Assembly: GCA_021513715.1 (NCBI GenBank)
Contig: CP084167.1
Span: 2,816,001-2,880,000, forward strand
Origin: Candidatus Heimdallarchaeum endolithica
GTDB lineage: Archaea > Asgardarchaeota > Heimdallarchaeia > Heimdallarchaeales > Heimdallarchaeaceae
Direction of reading: 5' to 3'
DNA: 64,000 bases
The number at the start of each line of letters is the position of its first letter. Positions within the stretch are counted from its first letter, which is position 1. Positions 1 through 10,066 of the stretch are shown here, piece by piece. The notes under the pieces were generated by a model, which saw nothing but the letters and a program-made list of their open reading frames with translations, had not been told where the DNA came from and searched no databases. The translations under genes were made by a program, and so were the position numbers.

Positions 1-94
1 AACAAAAAAAGCTTATTATAAATCTTATTAGTAATACAAAAGCAAAAATCTTTTCTGAAAAATATAGTAAAAAAATAGAGAATATACTTCAAAA

Positions 95-964
95 TCAATT
101 TTTTTGAATCTGTTTAATATAGCGATAAACAGAACCCCACATATATTCATCATCTCTTTCTTTAACTTCAAAATTATTAGTATGAAGCCATTTTTGTAGG
201 GCTTTCTTTGTTTCTTCATCATAAACTGTGTCGATTGATCCAGTATAAAAACCGTCTTTTTTCAAAACTTGTTTAATTACTTGCAAAACTTCCCCTTCAA
301 GTTTAACAATATCGTTAGGATTATCTCTTTTTAGTAAACTTAAATCATATAAAGTAAAAACACGTTGTAATTCTTTAATAGGTTCTCTATGCTCATCTAC
401 TCTGATATCAACATAGCGGTCTGTACCACCGTCATATGCACCTTTTTCTTTAACGATTAATATAGCTGCAGATTGTTTTCCTCTTTTGTCTCCACCTTGT
501 TCCTGTCCTGCAAACAAAGCAGCAATTAACTTTTCTACTAAATCTCCTTTTGTCTCCTTATAAGCTTCAGCCATAGATTCTACAACTTTTTCAGAAGCTA
601 GAATATTTCCTTGACAAGCAAAATTTTCTTCTACAATATGTCCTGCCCAGTCAAAACATTCTTTTCCAGTAAATGAAGCAGCTTGACCATATTTATCTAC
701 TATACCAATTTGACGATGTTCTCTTTTGTCATCATATTTGGTCAAAATTTCTATAACTTCATGAGCGGTATAACCTTGTTCTAAAAGAACTAAACCTTTT
801 GTTCCATAACTTGTGTTTGCATAAGCTTGTGTAGCTATTGCTCCTACATTTGCTTTTGCAAATGGGACTATGGCTCCAACAGCTATGAATTTTGATTGAA
901 CTGCTACTCCCCACTCTTTATTTTTTGGATCATAGGCAACAATTGAAAATGTCATTTTTATCAA
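95..964 (-). CDS. DUF1028-family Ntn-hydrolase-like protein with C-terminal PG-binding-like domain
   Basis: N-terminal MTFSIVA..WGVAVQSKF, GAIATQA, RQIGIVD and GGDKRGKQSAA motifs are typical of DUF1028. Confidence 0.85.
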   Translation of the reverse strand: MIKMTFSIVAYDPKNKEWGVAVQSKFIAVGAIVPFAKANVGAIATQAYANTSYGTKGLVLLEQGYTAHEVIEILTKYDDKREHRQIGIVDKYGQAASFTGKECFDWAGHIVEENFACQGNILASEKVVESMAEAYKETKGDLVEKLIAALFAGQEQGGDKRGKQSAAILIVKEKGAYDGGTDRYVDIRVDEHREPIKELQRVFTLYDLSLLKRDNPNDIVKLEGEVLQVIKQVLKKDGFYTGSIDTVYDEETKKALQKWLHTNNFEVKERDDEYMWGSVYRYIKQIQKN

Positions 965-1058
965 GAAAACATTAATCTGTATTTAATAAATTTTACTTGA
1001 ATATTAAATTTACAATGAAAATAAACTAATAATAAAAAATGTTAAGAAAGTTATTTCT

Positions 1059-2000
1059 TCATTCTATCCATTTGACCTTTAGTTCTCTTCTTGATGGAGC
1101 TCTTTCAAAATGGTATTTGGGGTAACCTAGTATTAGTACTCCATAACAATTATTTCTATCAGGAATGCCTAGTTTTTTTCTATATCTTTTATTTCTCCAC
1201 AAATATTCTTGGGCGAAACCTATCCACGCTGTTCCTAAACCTAATGATTGGGCGGCAAACATTCCATGCGTTAGAGCTATCCCACCATCACTTGCAGACA
1301 TTTGAGAATAACTTGGTGCATGAAGAACAATTACACAGGGTGCATGATAAAAAACTAGATCTTCTCCTTCTAGAGTACGTTTTCTGTAAGATTCCAATTG
1401 AAATTTCGTTTTTTTACTCATAAGTCTTCTTCTTACTCCTTTAGGAACAAAAGGATAAAGTAAAAATCTGATCTTTAATAAACTCTCTAGTTTGAAGAAG
1501 AAATTCATAATTCTAGATGAAAATTCAGCTATTATTTCTTTATTAGTAATTACTATAAAACTCTGTCTCTGTCTATTGCTAGCAGTAGGAGCATAACGCA
1601 TTGCTTCTAGAACTTTCTCTATTTTCTCTTTTTCTACTTCTTTATCCAAAAAGCATCTATGAGTTCTTCTACTTCTTATAACTTTAAATAAATCTTCGAA
1701 GGCGATTATTTTTTCTGGATTTTTAATTCCATCAAATTCAAGTGGTTTCTCTGCTCCTGTATATTCTATTGCATTAGTTGGGCAAATACTTAAACAGTGA
1801 CCACATCTAAAACAAAATTTGTAAGGGTCAGAGAAAACAATTTTTTTGTTACCTTTTTCATCTTTTTCTAAGGAAAAAAGTTTGACTAGACAAATATCAA
1901 TACACTTTTTACACTTAATGCAAATTTCTGTATTTACGTTCTGAATTTTTAACATTAGTTGAAAAGAAATATGGTTAAATTTATTTTTTTCTCTTTTCAC
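1059..2000 (-). CDS. Nitroreductase-family protein with N-terminal 4Fe-4S dicluster domain
   Basis: CxxCxxCxxxC twice (CIKCKKCIDIC, CFRCGHCLSICP), then RRTHRCF, APTASNRQ and SLGLGTAWIG nitroreductase motifs. True start is probably the ATG near 1955. Confidence 0.9.
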   Translation of the reverse strand: MKREKNKFNHISFQLMLKIQNVNTEICIKCKKCIDICLVKLFSLEKDEKGNKKIVFSDPYKFCFRCGHCLSICPTNAIEYTGAEKPLEFDGIKNPEKIIAFEDLFKVIRSRRTHRCFLDKEVEKEKIEKVLEAMRYAPTASNRQRQSFIVITNKEIIAEFSSRIMNFFFKLESLLKIRFLLYPFVPKGVRRRLMSKKTKFQLESYRKRTLEGEDLVFYHAPCVIVLHAPSYSQMSASDGGIALTHGMFAAQSLGLGTAWIGFAQEYLWRNKRYRKKLGIPDRNNCYGVLILGYPKYHFERAPSRRELKVKWIE

Positions 2001-2059
2001 TGATTTTTTACATTTGCAAAAGTTTAATACTTAATAATTGAAATTCATCAAAAAAATTT

Positions 2060-3571
2060 GTGGTTGAAATGAAAGAAAAATATGAACAATTACTTTCTAT
2101 TTTTAGAGAGATTCAAGTCATTGAACAAATTTCTATGCTATTAGGTTGGGATAATCAAGTTGTTATGCCCCCAAAAGGTGTAGAGCAACGAGGAAATCAA
2201 ATGGCATTTATAAGTAAATTACAGCATGAAAAGGCAATCAATCCTAAAATAGGTGAATTACTTAAGGAGATTAAAGAAAGTCCAGAATACAAAAATCTTA
2301 GTTATGAAGAAAAAAGAAATATTTACCTTATGCAGAGAGAATATGATAGAGTAACAAAAATACCTCCTGAGTTTATAGCTGAATTTACAAAACAACAAGT
2401 TCTTACTCATGAAATTTGGAAAAAGGCAAGACAAGAGAACAATTATGAGGAATATAAACCTTATTTGAAAAAAATTTTAGATATGGGAAAACAATTTGCA
2501 AATTACCTTAATCCTGATTTACACCCTTATGATGTAATGCTAGATTATTTTGAACCAGGAATGAATAGAGAAAAATATAACAAAATATTTACTCCATTAA
2601 AAGAAGCACTCGTATCTTTAATTAAAAAATGTTTAGAGTCTCCCAAACAACCAAGAGTGGAGATATTGAACAGGAAGTGTCCAATAGAAATACAGAAAAA
2701 ATTGTCTTTAGATGTAATTCCTCTCATAAATTATGATCTGGAAAGAGGAAGACTAGATGAAGCAGCTCATCCTTTTACAACTGGAAATTATGATGATGTA
2801 AGAATAACTACTCGATATTTAGAAAACTATTTTCCATCATCTTTCTTTGCTACAATGCACGAATCTGGACATGCATGTTATGATCAAAATTTGAAAAAAG
2901 AGTGGAGATATCAACCTATTGGAAACTATTGTTCAATGGGGATACATGAGGCTAACTCCAGATTCTATGAAAATATCATCGGTAGAAGTATAGACTTCTG
3001 GAAATTCTATTTTAATAGATTTAAGGAGATAACTGGAACACTTTTTGAAGATGTCGAACTTGATGATTTTGTTCATGCAATTAATAATGTACAACCCTCT
3101 GCGATTAGGGTTGAAGCAGATGAACTAACCTACAATTTGCATATTATACTAAGATACGAATTAGAACGAGATCTTATGGAAGGAAAAGTAACGGTAGATG
3201 AACTTCCTGAAGTTTGGAACCAAAAAATGAAAGAGTTATTAGATTATGAAGTAAAAAATGATGCTGAAGGAGTTTTGCAAGATATTCATTGGTCGAGTGG
3301 AATGGTAGGCTATTTTCCAACTTACAGTATGGGCAACATCTATGGAGCACAATTCTTACATAAACTATCCAACGATATTCCAAACTGGAGAGAAGAAGTA
3401 GAAAAAGGTAATATCAAAATTATGACTGATTGGATGAAGAAAAATGTTCAAGAAAAAGGGAACCTATATGATCCAGCGGAATTAGTAAAAGCAGTTACAA
3501 GTGAAGAACCTAATCCTCAATATCTTATTGACTATCTTACAGAAAAATATTCAAAGCTCTTTAATCTTTAA
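2060..3571 (+). CDS. Carboxypeptidase, M32 family
   Basis: HPF, DVRITTRY, HESGH (HEXXH), IRVEADE, GVLQDIHW and GYFPTY motifs. Confidence 0.95.
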   Translation: MVEMKEKYEQLLSIFREIQVIEQISMLLGWDNQVVMPPKGVEQRGNQMAFISKLQHEKAINPKIGELLKEIKESPEYKNLSYEEKRNIYLMQREYDRVTKIPPEFIAEFTKQQVLTHEIWKKARQENNYEEYKPYLKKILDMGKQFANYLNPDLHPYDVMLDYFEPGMNREKYNKIFTPLKEALVSLIKKCLESPKQPRVEILNRKCPIEIQKKLSLDVIPLINYDLERGRLDEAAHPFTTGNYDDVRITTRYLENYFPSSFFATMHESGHACYDQNLKKEWRYQPIGNYCSMGIHEANSRFYENIIGRSIDFWKFYFNRFKEITGTLFEDVELDDFVHAINNVQPSAIRVEADELTYNLHIILRYELERDLMEGKVTVDELPEVWNQKMKELLDYEVKNDAEGVLQDIHWSSGMVGYFPTYSMGNIYGAQFLHKLSNDIPNWREEVEKGNIKIMTDWMKKNVQEKGNLYDPAELVKAVTSEEPNPQYLIDYLTEKYSKLFNL

Positions 3572-3654
3572 TTTTCCTTTTTTCTTTATTTAACAGCGTA
3601 TTTTTGCATTTTTTTGTGAATTGGTGTTATAATCCTTAAAAAATTTAAATACAA

Positions 3655-4337
3655 TTGCAGATGCAAAAAGCTATGTCTGTTACTTATCAAACAACATTTA
3701 AAATTTTCAAGAAGCACCCTTTAGGCTATATAGCAATAGTTCTGTGGGTTCTGGCAAGTATAATTGATGTTTTAGATATGCTTTTTTCTTTAGCTTCAGG
3801 AGAATTGTTCTCTGCTCTGTTAGATCTTTTAGTAGTCATAGCTTTAATAGGTTATTCACAACTCCTGTTATTGCCAAGAGTAAACGTCCAGATGATCCGA
3901 TTGGAATGGCAAAAATATTATTTGTAAGCTTTGCAAGCGTAACAATATTTTTTGATATTATGTATGCTGTTGTAGCACTTGGAAAAGGATATTATCTTAC
4001 TGGTTATTACTGGTTTACTCTAATAATGGATATCTCATTAACATTCTTCACAGTAATTGGTGTATCTACGACTTTGAAAGATGTGAAAAGTTTTGATGAA
4101 TTTACAGTTGCTGCCCCTCAATATTCACCTGTTGGTGGAAAGTATACCCCTTATGCTTCTTATTCTCCTCCTGTATCCACAAACCCAACAACCGAACCAA
4201 GTGTTCAACCTATTGGTCATCAACCTTCCACTATTCCTCCTCAACCTGTTGCAGAGGTTAAGTTTTGTACTAACTGTGGAGCAAAAAATAAAGTAGACGC
4301 TAAGTTCTGCACATCTTGTGGTTCTGCAATACGATGA
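3655..4337 (+). pseudogene. Frameshifted membrane protein with Pro-rich linker and C-terminal zinc ribbon (ORFs 3655-3927 and 3906-4337)
   Basis: Two overlapping hydrophobic ORFs. Adding one base near 3850-3853 gives a continuous ...ALIGLFTTPVIAKSKRPDDPIGMAKILF... The C-terminus has CTNCG...FCTSCG. Could be a sequencing error. Confidence 0.6.
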
Positions 4338-4375
4338 AAAATTATTTGTTGAAGATTATCTGAATCTTCACAATT

Positions 4376-6802
4376 TTACTTTTTAATAATAGTTATTATC
4401 CCCTTTGTTCCATCAAGGATGATTTCTTGTCCAGTTTTTAGTAACTTTGTTGCATTTGAAACATTTGATACTAAAGGTAATCCGTATTCTCTTGCTACTA
4501 TTGCTCCGTGTGATAAAGAACCACCAATTTCAGTTACTAATCCGGAAATTAATGCGTAATAAGGAGACCAACCAATATCTGTGAAAGAAGCAACCATTAT
4601 TTCTCCTGCTTCTATTTTTTCAGCATCTTCAACAGATTTAACTATTCTTACCTTTCCTCTTACTACCCCATGACTAACAGGAGTACCTTTTATCTCTGTA
4701 ATGTTTTCTCTTTCTTCATTTGAAATTAGAATCGGTTCTGGTTTTCCTCTCACTATCTCTGGGAATTGAAGAGATCTTTGTTGAGCAAAAAGTTTTTTTC
4801 TTACTTGTGCTTTTGCTACTAGTTTATTGTTGTTATTATTTATTAAATCTCCAATCTCTTTATGTGTTAAGAAGTAAATAAGGTCTTGTTCAGGGATAAT
4901 TTGTACTTCAACAAGCTTTTTTCCAAGAGCTCTGTAAGCCTTTCTAAATTCACCATGAATTTTAATTGAAAGAGCCTTAGAATACTCCCTGTTTTGCATC
5001 CCCTCTTTTGCTTTTCTATAAATCATATTAAAAATCTTTAATTTTATTCCTTTAAGATTAAGTTCTTTGTATATCTCATCTAATAACATTTTTGAAGAGA
5101 CATTACTTTCATTTTTATTATTAAGTGTGTTTCCTTTAACTAGTGATTGTAAAATACTAATGAGTTCAAGAGGATTTTCTTTCCATTCTTTTTCTCTTAG
5201 TTCAGCTTCACGAATACATCTGTGTCCATGTCTCTGAATGAATTTAGAAAACAATTCATATATCTTCCCATTATTTTTGTCATTTAACCAATGAAAGGCA
5301 TCTTCTAAAGATAAAGACAAAAATACTTCACTTTTATTTGTATCTGATGATATTTCTTTCGCTATGTCTTCTAATGATGTTACAATATTTGCTGATTCAA
5401 TGTTCTTTATGTCTGTCAATAATAGAGCTGATTTTGTTAAAGCTTCCTCTGTAAAGTTATTTCCTCCACTGATAAAACCAACAAGAGCACCGTTCATCAT
5501 TCCAGAATTAGAAGAAACAATATAGTGTCTATACCAAGTTTTATTGTAGAAATCTAGGTTGTTATCAATTTCTTTGTAAAGTTCAGGAATTGAAAGATCG
5601 GTATTTATTCTAAATGTTCTAGCTGTTTTTTCTAATATTTTTAGAGCTTTTTTATGTTTGGATATAAATCTAAAATACTTTATACTATTTATCAAACGCT
5701 TCCTAAAAACTATTGGAGGACCTAGTGTGGTATCATCCAGTGTTTTTCCTAAAATGTTAAGTTCAAAAGAATCTTTACTTGTTCCAAGAATACATCTAGC
5801 AATTTTGTACATTTTAGTCAAATTGAAAAACAAGTGATTGTAAAAGTGAACAACATACCTTCCAGGTTCATTTTTTCTATATACCCCTATTCTTTCATAC
5901 ATCCATTTTAAACCGATATCTATTGCTTCAACAAAAACAGAAATAGTTAGAGGTGTTACTGCTCCTGGAAGCATCTCTCCCACATTAGCTCTTGTAAAAA
6001 TAATAGTAGAATCATCTACAGAGCTATCCAGCTCATTAATTGTAATTTTATTGATTGTGGTTATTGGGCGAGCTTGTAACCAAAAAAGGTCCCCTTTTTT
6101 ATCTATTGCCCACTCCATATCCAAAGCTTTGCTTAGGTGCTTCTCTGCATATAAGGCTTGTTCAACTAAATTCTTTATTTGTTGTTCACTGAGAATAGCT
6201 TGTTCTCCACTATATTCTCTCATTATAATTTTTCCTTCTCTACTTAATACATATAGGTCAGGTTTAGCTTTTCCGCTAACAAGAGCCTCTCCTTCTCCTC
6301 TAACAGCATTAATGAGTATCTTTTCTTCTCCAGTAGAAGGATCTAAAGTGAAAATAACTCCAGAAACAGAGGGGTTGATCATGCGCTGAACAACTACTGC
6401 AACTTTACTTTCTTTGTTTTGAGACAAATTTTCAGAGTATTTTTCTACTTGAGTTGAGGAAGCAGATTCAATGCAGTTAATTACTGCTTTGTGGACATTT
6501 TCTATTCCTTCCACATTAAGAAAGGTTTTATATTGTCCTGCATGGGAAAAATCCTCACTATCTTCTCCAACTGCTGAAGAACGAATAGCTACTTTTCCAT
6601 TTCCAAGTTTAGAATAATAGTGTTTAATTTCATCAATTTTTTCAAGTTTTTCTCCTGGGAGGATTACAAAACCTTCAGGAACATTCAACCCACATTTGAG
6701 CAACTTGTTTAATCCTTTTGCTTTTCCTCCAACTTCCTCATTGTTAATATTTGACAATGGAAGAATTTTTTTAGTAAAGCTTTTTTCTGCCATATCGATC
6801 AC
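4376..6802 (-). CDS. PEP-synthase/rifampicin-phosphotransferase-like dikinase (ATP-grasp + substrate domain + His swivel domain)
   Basis: VGGKA, AIRSSAVGED..SHAGQY, DMEWA, LQARPIT and C-terminal GSLSHGAIVAREYG phospho-His domain, in RPH/PigC-like domain order. Confidence 0.9.
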   Translation of the reverse strand: MIDMAEKSFTKKILPLSNINNEEVGGKAKGLNKLLKCGLNVPEGFVILPGEKLEKIDEIKHYYSKLGNGKVAIRSSAVGEDSEDFSHAGQYKTFLNVEGIENVHKAVINCIESASSTQVEKYSENLSQNKESKVAVVVQRMINPSVSGVIFTLDPSTGEEKILINAVRGEGEALVSGKAKPDLYVLSREGKIIMREYSGEQAILSEQQIKNLVEQALYAEKHLSKALDMEWAIDKKGDLFWLQARPITTINKITINELDSSVDDSTIIFTRANVGEMLPGAVTPLTISVFVEAIDIGLKWMYERIGVYRKNEPGRYVVHFYNHLFFNLTKMYKIARCILGTSKDSFELNILGKTLDDTTLGPPIVFRKRLINSIKYFRFISKHKKALKILEKTARTFRINTDLSIPELYKEIDNNLDFYNKTWYRHYIVSSNSGMMNGALVGFISGGNNFTEEALTKSALLLTDIKNIESANIVTSLEDIAKEISSDTNKSEVFLSLSLEDAFHWLNDKNNGKIYELFSKFIQRHGHRCIREAELREKEWKENPLELISILQSLVKGNTLNNKNESNVSSKMLLDEIYKELNLKGIKLKIFNMIYRKAKEGMQNREYSKALSIKIHGEFRKAYRALGKKLVEVQIIPEQDLIYFLTHKEIGDLINNNNNKLVAKAQVRKKLFAQQRSLQFPEIVRGKPEPILISNEERENITEIKGTPVSHGVVRGKVRIVKSVEDAEKIEAGEIMVASFTDIGWSPYYALISGLVTEIGGSLSHGAIVAREYGLPLVSNVSNATKLLKTGQEIILDGTKGIITIIKK

Positions 6803-7845
6803 GTTTTATTCTTTATGAGCTTTCCAAACTCAGCAATACCTTTTCCTTTCATCCCTAATAATTCAAAATCAGCTAATCCTTCAGTAATTGAATAAGCATT
6901 ATCCATTATCCAAGTAAGGGAAAGATCAAAAGAGCAGTTAGCAAGTATCCTTTCTTCACTTTCCATTTGTGCAAAAAAAGTGAATTCTTTCGGAATACTA
7001 TCTCTGTTAATCCATATACCCTCAAAAGTGCTTCCATCAACTACTTGTATAATCCCATCTTTCTTAATATGAAAACCAGTAACTAGGTTCCTTAAAATTG
7101 GATAATCTACTAAACTGAAATTGAAAAACGATCCATCCTCTAATCCAATAATTATCCAAATGTGTCTTTCCATGAAACTCCAGTCTCTCTTACCATATGA
7201 ATGGTCTCGTAACGCCATCATTGATAAATGAACAGTATTTCCATCTAAAGTGTAATTACCTTCAAATTTACCACACTGTTCAGTATGAACTTGATCAGAT
7301 TCCTTCAGTTTGGCAAAGAAGTTTTTACTCCAAGCTTCTTGTGATAATGATCTAGCCATGGGTGCAGGGTGAATATCTGTGCTAAAGTTGATCAAAGGAT
7401 AATCAGAAGAAAAAATTCCTTCGAATTTAATTAAAATCTGGTTGTTATCTCCCTCTAACTCACCTTCAAAATCAATTTTCCATTTTTTTGCTGGTTCAAG
7501 ACAAGTAAAAGTTAGCGGTCCAGAGGAAAAAATGTTTTTTCCTTTATTATTTGGTTTATCAATATTTTTTTTATAGTTAAACAAACCTTTATTAGGAATA
7601 AAAAGGGCAAACCATACTTCTACATGGCCTACCCCCCTAAAAGCGAGACGAGCTAAAAATCTATGTCCATCGTTTGCATGTCCTGTAAAATAAAAACTAT
7701 TGTTATCCTGCTCTTTTGCGTTATTTGGGAGTTGGTAAGTTTCAACTTGATTTACATCAAAATCTAACTTTTTTCTCCTTTTTTCTATGATCTTTCTCGC
7801 TATTAGATACTTAATCTTTTTTTTCATTCCCATAATTGGCGCCAA
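6799..7845 (-). CDS. Hypothetical beta-rich protein (possible double-lipocalin/tocopherol-cyclase-like fold), coupled to the dikinase gene
   Basis: NNSFYF, CLEPAKKWKIDF, HTEQCG and RDHSYGKRDW motifs. Overlaps the downstream gene by 4 bp. Confidence 0.55.
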   Translation of the reverse strand: MAPIMGMKKKIKYLIARKIIEKRRKKLDFDVNQVETYQLPNNAKEQDNNSFYFTGHANDGHRFLARLAFRGVGHVEVWFALFIPNKGLFNYKKNIDKPNNKGKNIFSSGPLTFTCLEPAKKWKIDFEGELEGDNNQILIKFEGIFSSDYPLINFSTDIHPAPMARSLSQEAWSKNFFAKLKESDQVHTEQCGKFEGNYTLDGNTVHLSMMALRDHSYGKRDWSFMERHIWIIIGLEDGSFFNFSLVDYPILRNLVTGFHIKKDGIIQVVDGSTFEGIWINRDSIPKEFTFFAQMESEERILANCSFDLSLTWIMDNAYSITEGLADFELLGMKGKGIAEFGKLIKNKT

Positions 7846-7957
7846 ATCATGAGCAACATATGTGCTTTATTAATATTCACTACAAAAAAATGGAAAAGCA
7901 ATTTCACTATTCTGTGATTAAATAGAAAAGAAAAATAAAAATAACTTGAGTTTAATC

Positions 7958-8971
7958 TCATTCTATTTCTGTTGGCCATTCAACATCTTTATACCAATAT
8001 GGTTTTCTTATCATTCCAAATGCATTGTGTGCAGCTATTGCTCCTTGAGCAACGGCTATAACTATCAGTTGATATGCAGTAGCTACATCTCCTATAGCAA
8101 ATACTCCTGGAATGTTTGTTCTCATTTCTTTATCTACTTTAATATATTTTCCATCTTTTTGCAATTCAAGTTTATCAAAAATTTCAATATTGGTTTTCAT
8201 ACCTACAGCGAGAATACAAGCATCAACATCAATTTCTCTTTTTAGTTTTGTATTACGATCAAGTAAAACTGCTTTTTCTAAAATTTGTTCTCCTTTAAGT
8301 TCTTCAATCTCGCTATTATAGACTATTTCAACATTTTTGAGACTAACTACTTTTTTTACTTTAGATTCAGCTGCCCTAAAACTATCTCTTCTATGAACCA
8401 AGTAAACTTTCTCAGCAACATCCCTTAGCTCCCAAACTGAATCAATGGCCGTGTCTCCTCCACCAACAACCACTACTTTTTTCCTTTTGAATAATTCAGG
8501 ATCAGTAACGAAATTATATACTCCTTTATCCTTACGTTTAAATTTTCTTTCACCAGGAATGCCTAACTCTGCAGGCTGTGAGCCTGTGGCGATGATAATT
8601 ACTCTAAATCTATATTTTCCTTCATTTGTTACTACTGTTTTATCTGGTAAAACCTCAATCACTCGTTCATGTTTAAGTTCCGCCTGTACTTCCTGCGCTT
8701 GAATAACAAACTCATCTATTAACCGTTTTCCTAAAATACTTGGGGCACCAGGATAGTTTTCTACTATTTTTCTAGAATAAAGAGTAGAAACTATTCCTCC
8801 ATACTTTCCGCTTTCAAAAACGGTTACTTTTAATCCTTTATAGGCTGCAATTATTGCTGCGCCTAGCCCACCCACTCCACCACCTATTATTCCAACATCA
8901 GCATAATAATCGTTTTCTTCTGTTGTCATAGATAAAAATTTGTATAACTCACTAATATATGTTTTGTACAT
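7958..8971 (-). CDS. Thioredoxin-reductase-like FAD/NAD(P)H oxidoreductase lacking CxxC (probable ferredoxin-NADP+ reductase type)
   Basis: GGGVGG, IIATGS, VGGGDTAID, HRRDSFRA and TNIPGVFAIGD. The CxxC position reads GVYNFVTD. Confidence 0.8.
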   Translation of the reverse strand: MYKTYISELYKFLSMTTEENDYYADVGIIGGGVGGLGAAIIAAYKGLKVTVFESGKYGGIVSTLYSRKIVENYPGAPSILGKRLIDEFVIQAQEVQAELKHERVIEVLPDKTVVTNEGKYRFRVIIIATGSQPAELGIPGERKFKRKDKGVYNFVTDPELFKRKKVVVVGGGDTAIDSVWELRDVAEKVYLVHRRDSFRAAESKVKKVVSLKNVEIVYNSEIEELKGEQILEKAVLLDRNTKLKREIDVDACILAVGMKTNIEIFDKLELQKDGKYIKVDKEMRTNIPGVFAIGDVATAYQLIVIAVAQGAIAAHNAFGMIRKPYWYKDVEWPTEIE

Positions 8972-9032
8972 ACGTATAAATCAATTAAAAAACTACATAT
9001 TTAACTAGATGTATTTTTAGAAACTATTATTG

Positions 9033-10045
9033 AAGCATGTCCAAAAATTCTTTTTCACATACTAAACGATACGAAGGAGTAAAAGGTAGTTGTAACAGAG
9101 GAGAGAATTATAATGAGTAGAGAGGATGGTGGAGGGTAAACGATCAAGAATTGTGGGAAGAGAGAGTTTGAGGAGACCAAAGACATGTTCAACACTACAA
9201 CGATACTCGGGGTGATGATTATGGGGATAGAGACAAGGGTAGAGACGATGAGCTTGAACTATTGGTTTGGTCCAAGAGGAGGAGGAGAGGGATAACGAGC
9301 ATTACTTTTTGGAGGAATAACAGGGAAAAAGGAATGTTGTCTAAGAAGTCCCACGATATTTTCTGTCCAGTAGGCACAGTCACCATAAAATCGCAGGAAA
9401 GGTCTCAAGAGTGCAGAAGGAAGTTTCTGCCATAGTAAACCGAAGATTTTACTATCGTGAGTGCTACTAGCAGAATGAGCAAGAGAGACTATAGCTCGAG
9501 AGGGTAAACCAACTATAAGGTGTATCTTCCAGAAAAGTTTAGTTTAGAGGTTTTCTTTAGTGCTCCTCTTCCCCACTTGAGAAAACGCCAAAGAGAAGCT
9601 TGACGGATTTTAAATCATGAACTATTCACCGACATAGATTTCAATCCTTTTTTCCTCACTATTTCTCCCCCTAAATCTATTATCCACCGCTCCAGCAACT
9701 TACTTTCTGTCGCTCTCCATACTGCATGAAAAGTAGATTTAGAAGGAATCTTCTTCATCCACCCCTCTTCTATCAAAAAATTGCATAAAGACAACTTTTC
9801 CTCTAACTTCCTCCAAGCAATTCCTTCTATTCTAGCAATGATCGCTAAAGTCAGTATCACCCACCTTTCTGCTATTCTCTTTCTCCCTCTCTTACTTTCT
9901 CTCGGTTCCACTTTCACCAGTTTCTTAAGGAAAGGTTCATTAATGATTATGAATTCTCTTGCTTTGTGGGGTCTAAAATCTGGAAATAGTTCATACTTCC
10001 GACATAAACCCCCACATTAATAAAAATTGATTTTTGGACATGCTT
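9033..10045 (-). mobile_element. IS5/IS4-like DDE insertion sequence, 1013 bp, with degraded transposase
   Basis: Perfect 16-bp TIRs AAGCATGTCCAAAAAT (9033-9048) and ATTTTTGGACATGCTT (10030-10045). 8-bp target-site duplication TATTATTG (9025-9032 and 10046-10053). Confidence 0.9.
9100..10005 (-). pseudogene. DDE transposase pseudogene (limits approximate)
   Basis: ORF 9615-9917 ends VNSS* where VDSSG is expected. Downstream frames give FWKIHL, HDSKIF, YGDCAY and RCSVEHVFGLLK after an in-frame stop and a frameshift. Confidence 0.8.
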
Positions 10046-10066
10046 TATTATTGAAACAAAAAGAGG

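Noticed and set aside
4376-6802. Annotation as ppsA or as a rifampicin-resistance gene
   Set aside because: Lacks the C-terminal pyruvate-binding barrel, and substrate specificity cannot be read from sequence.
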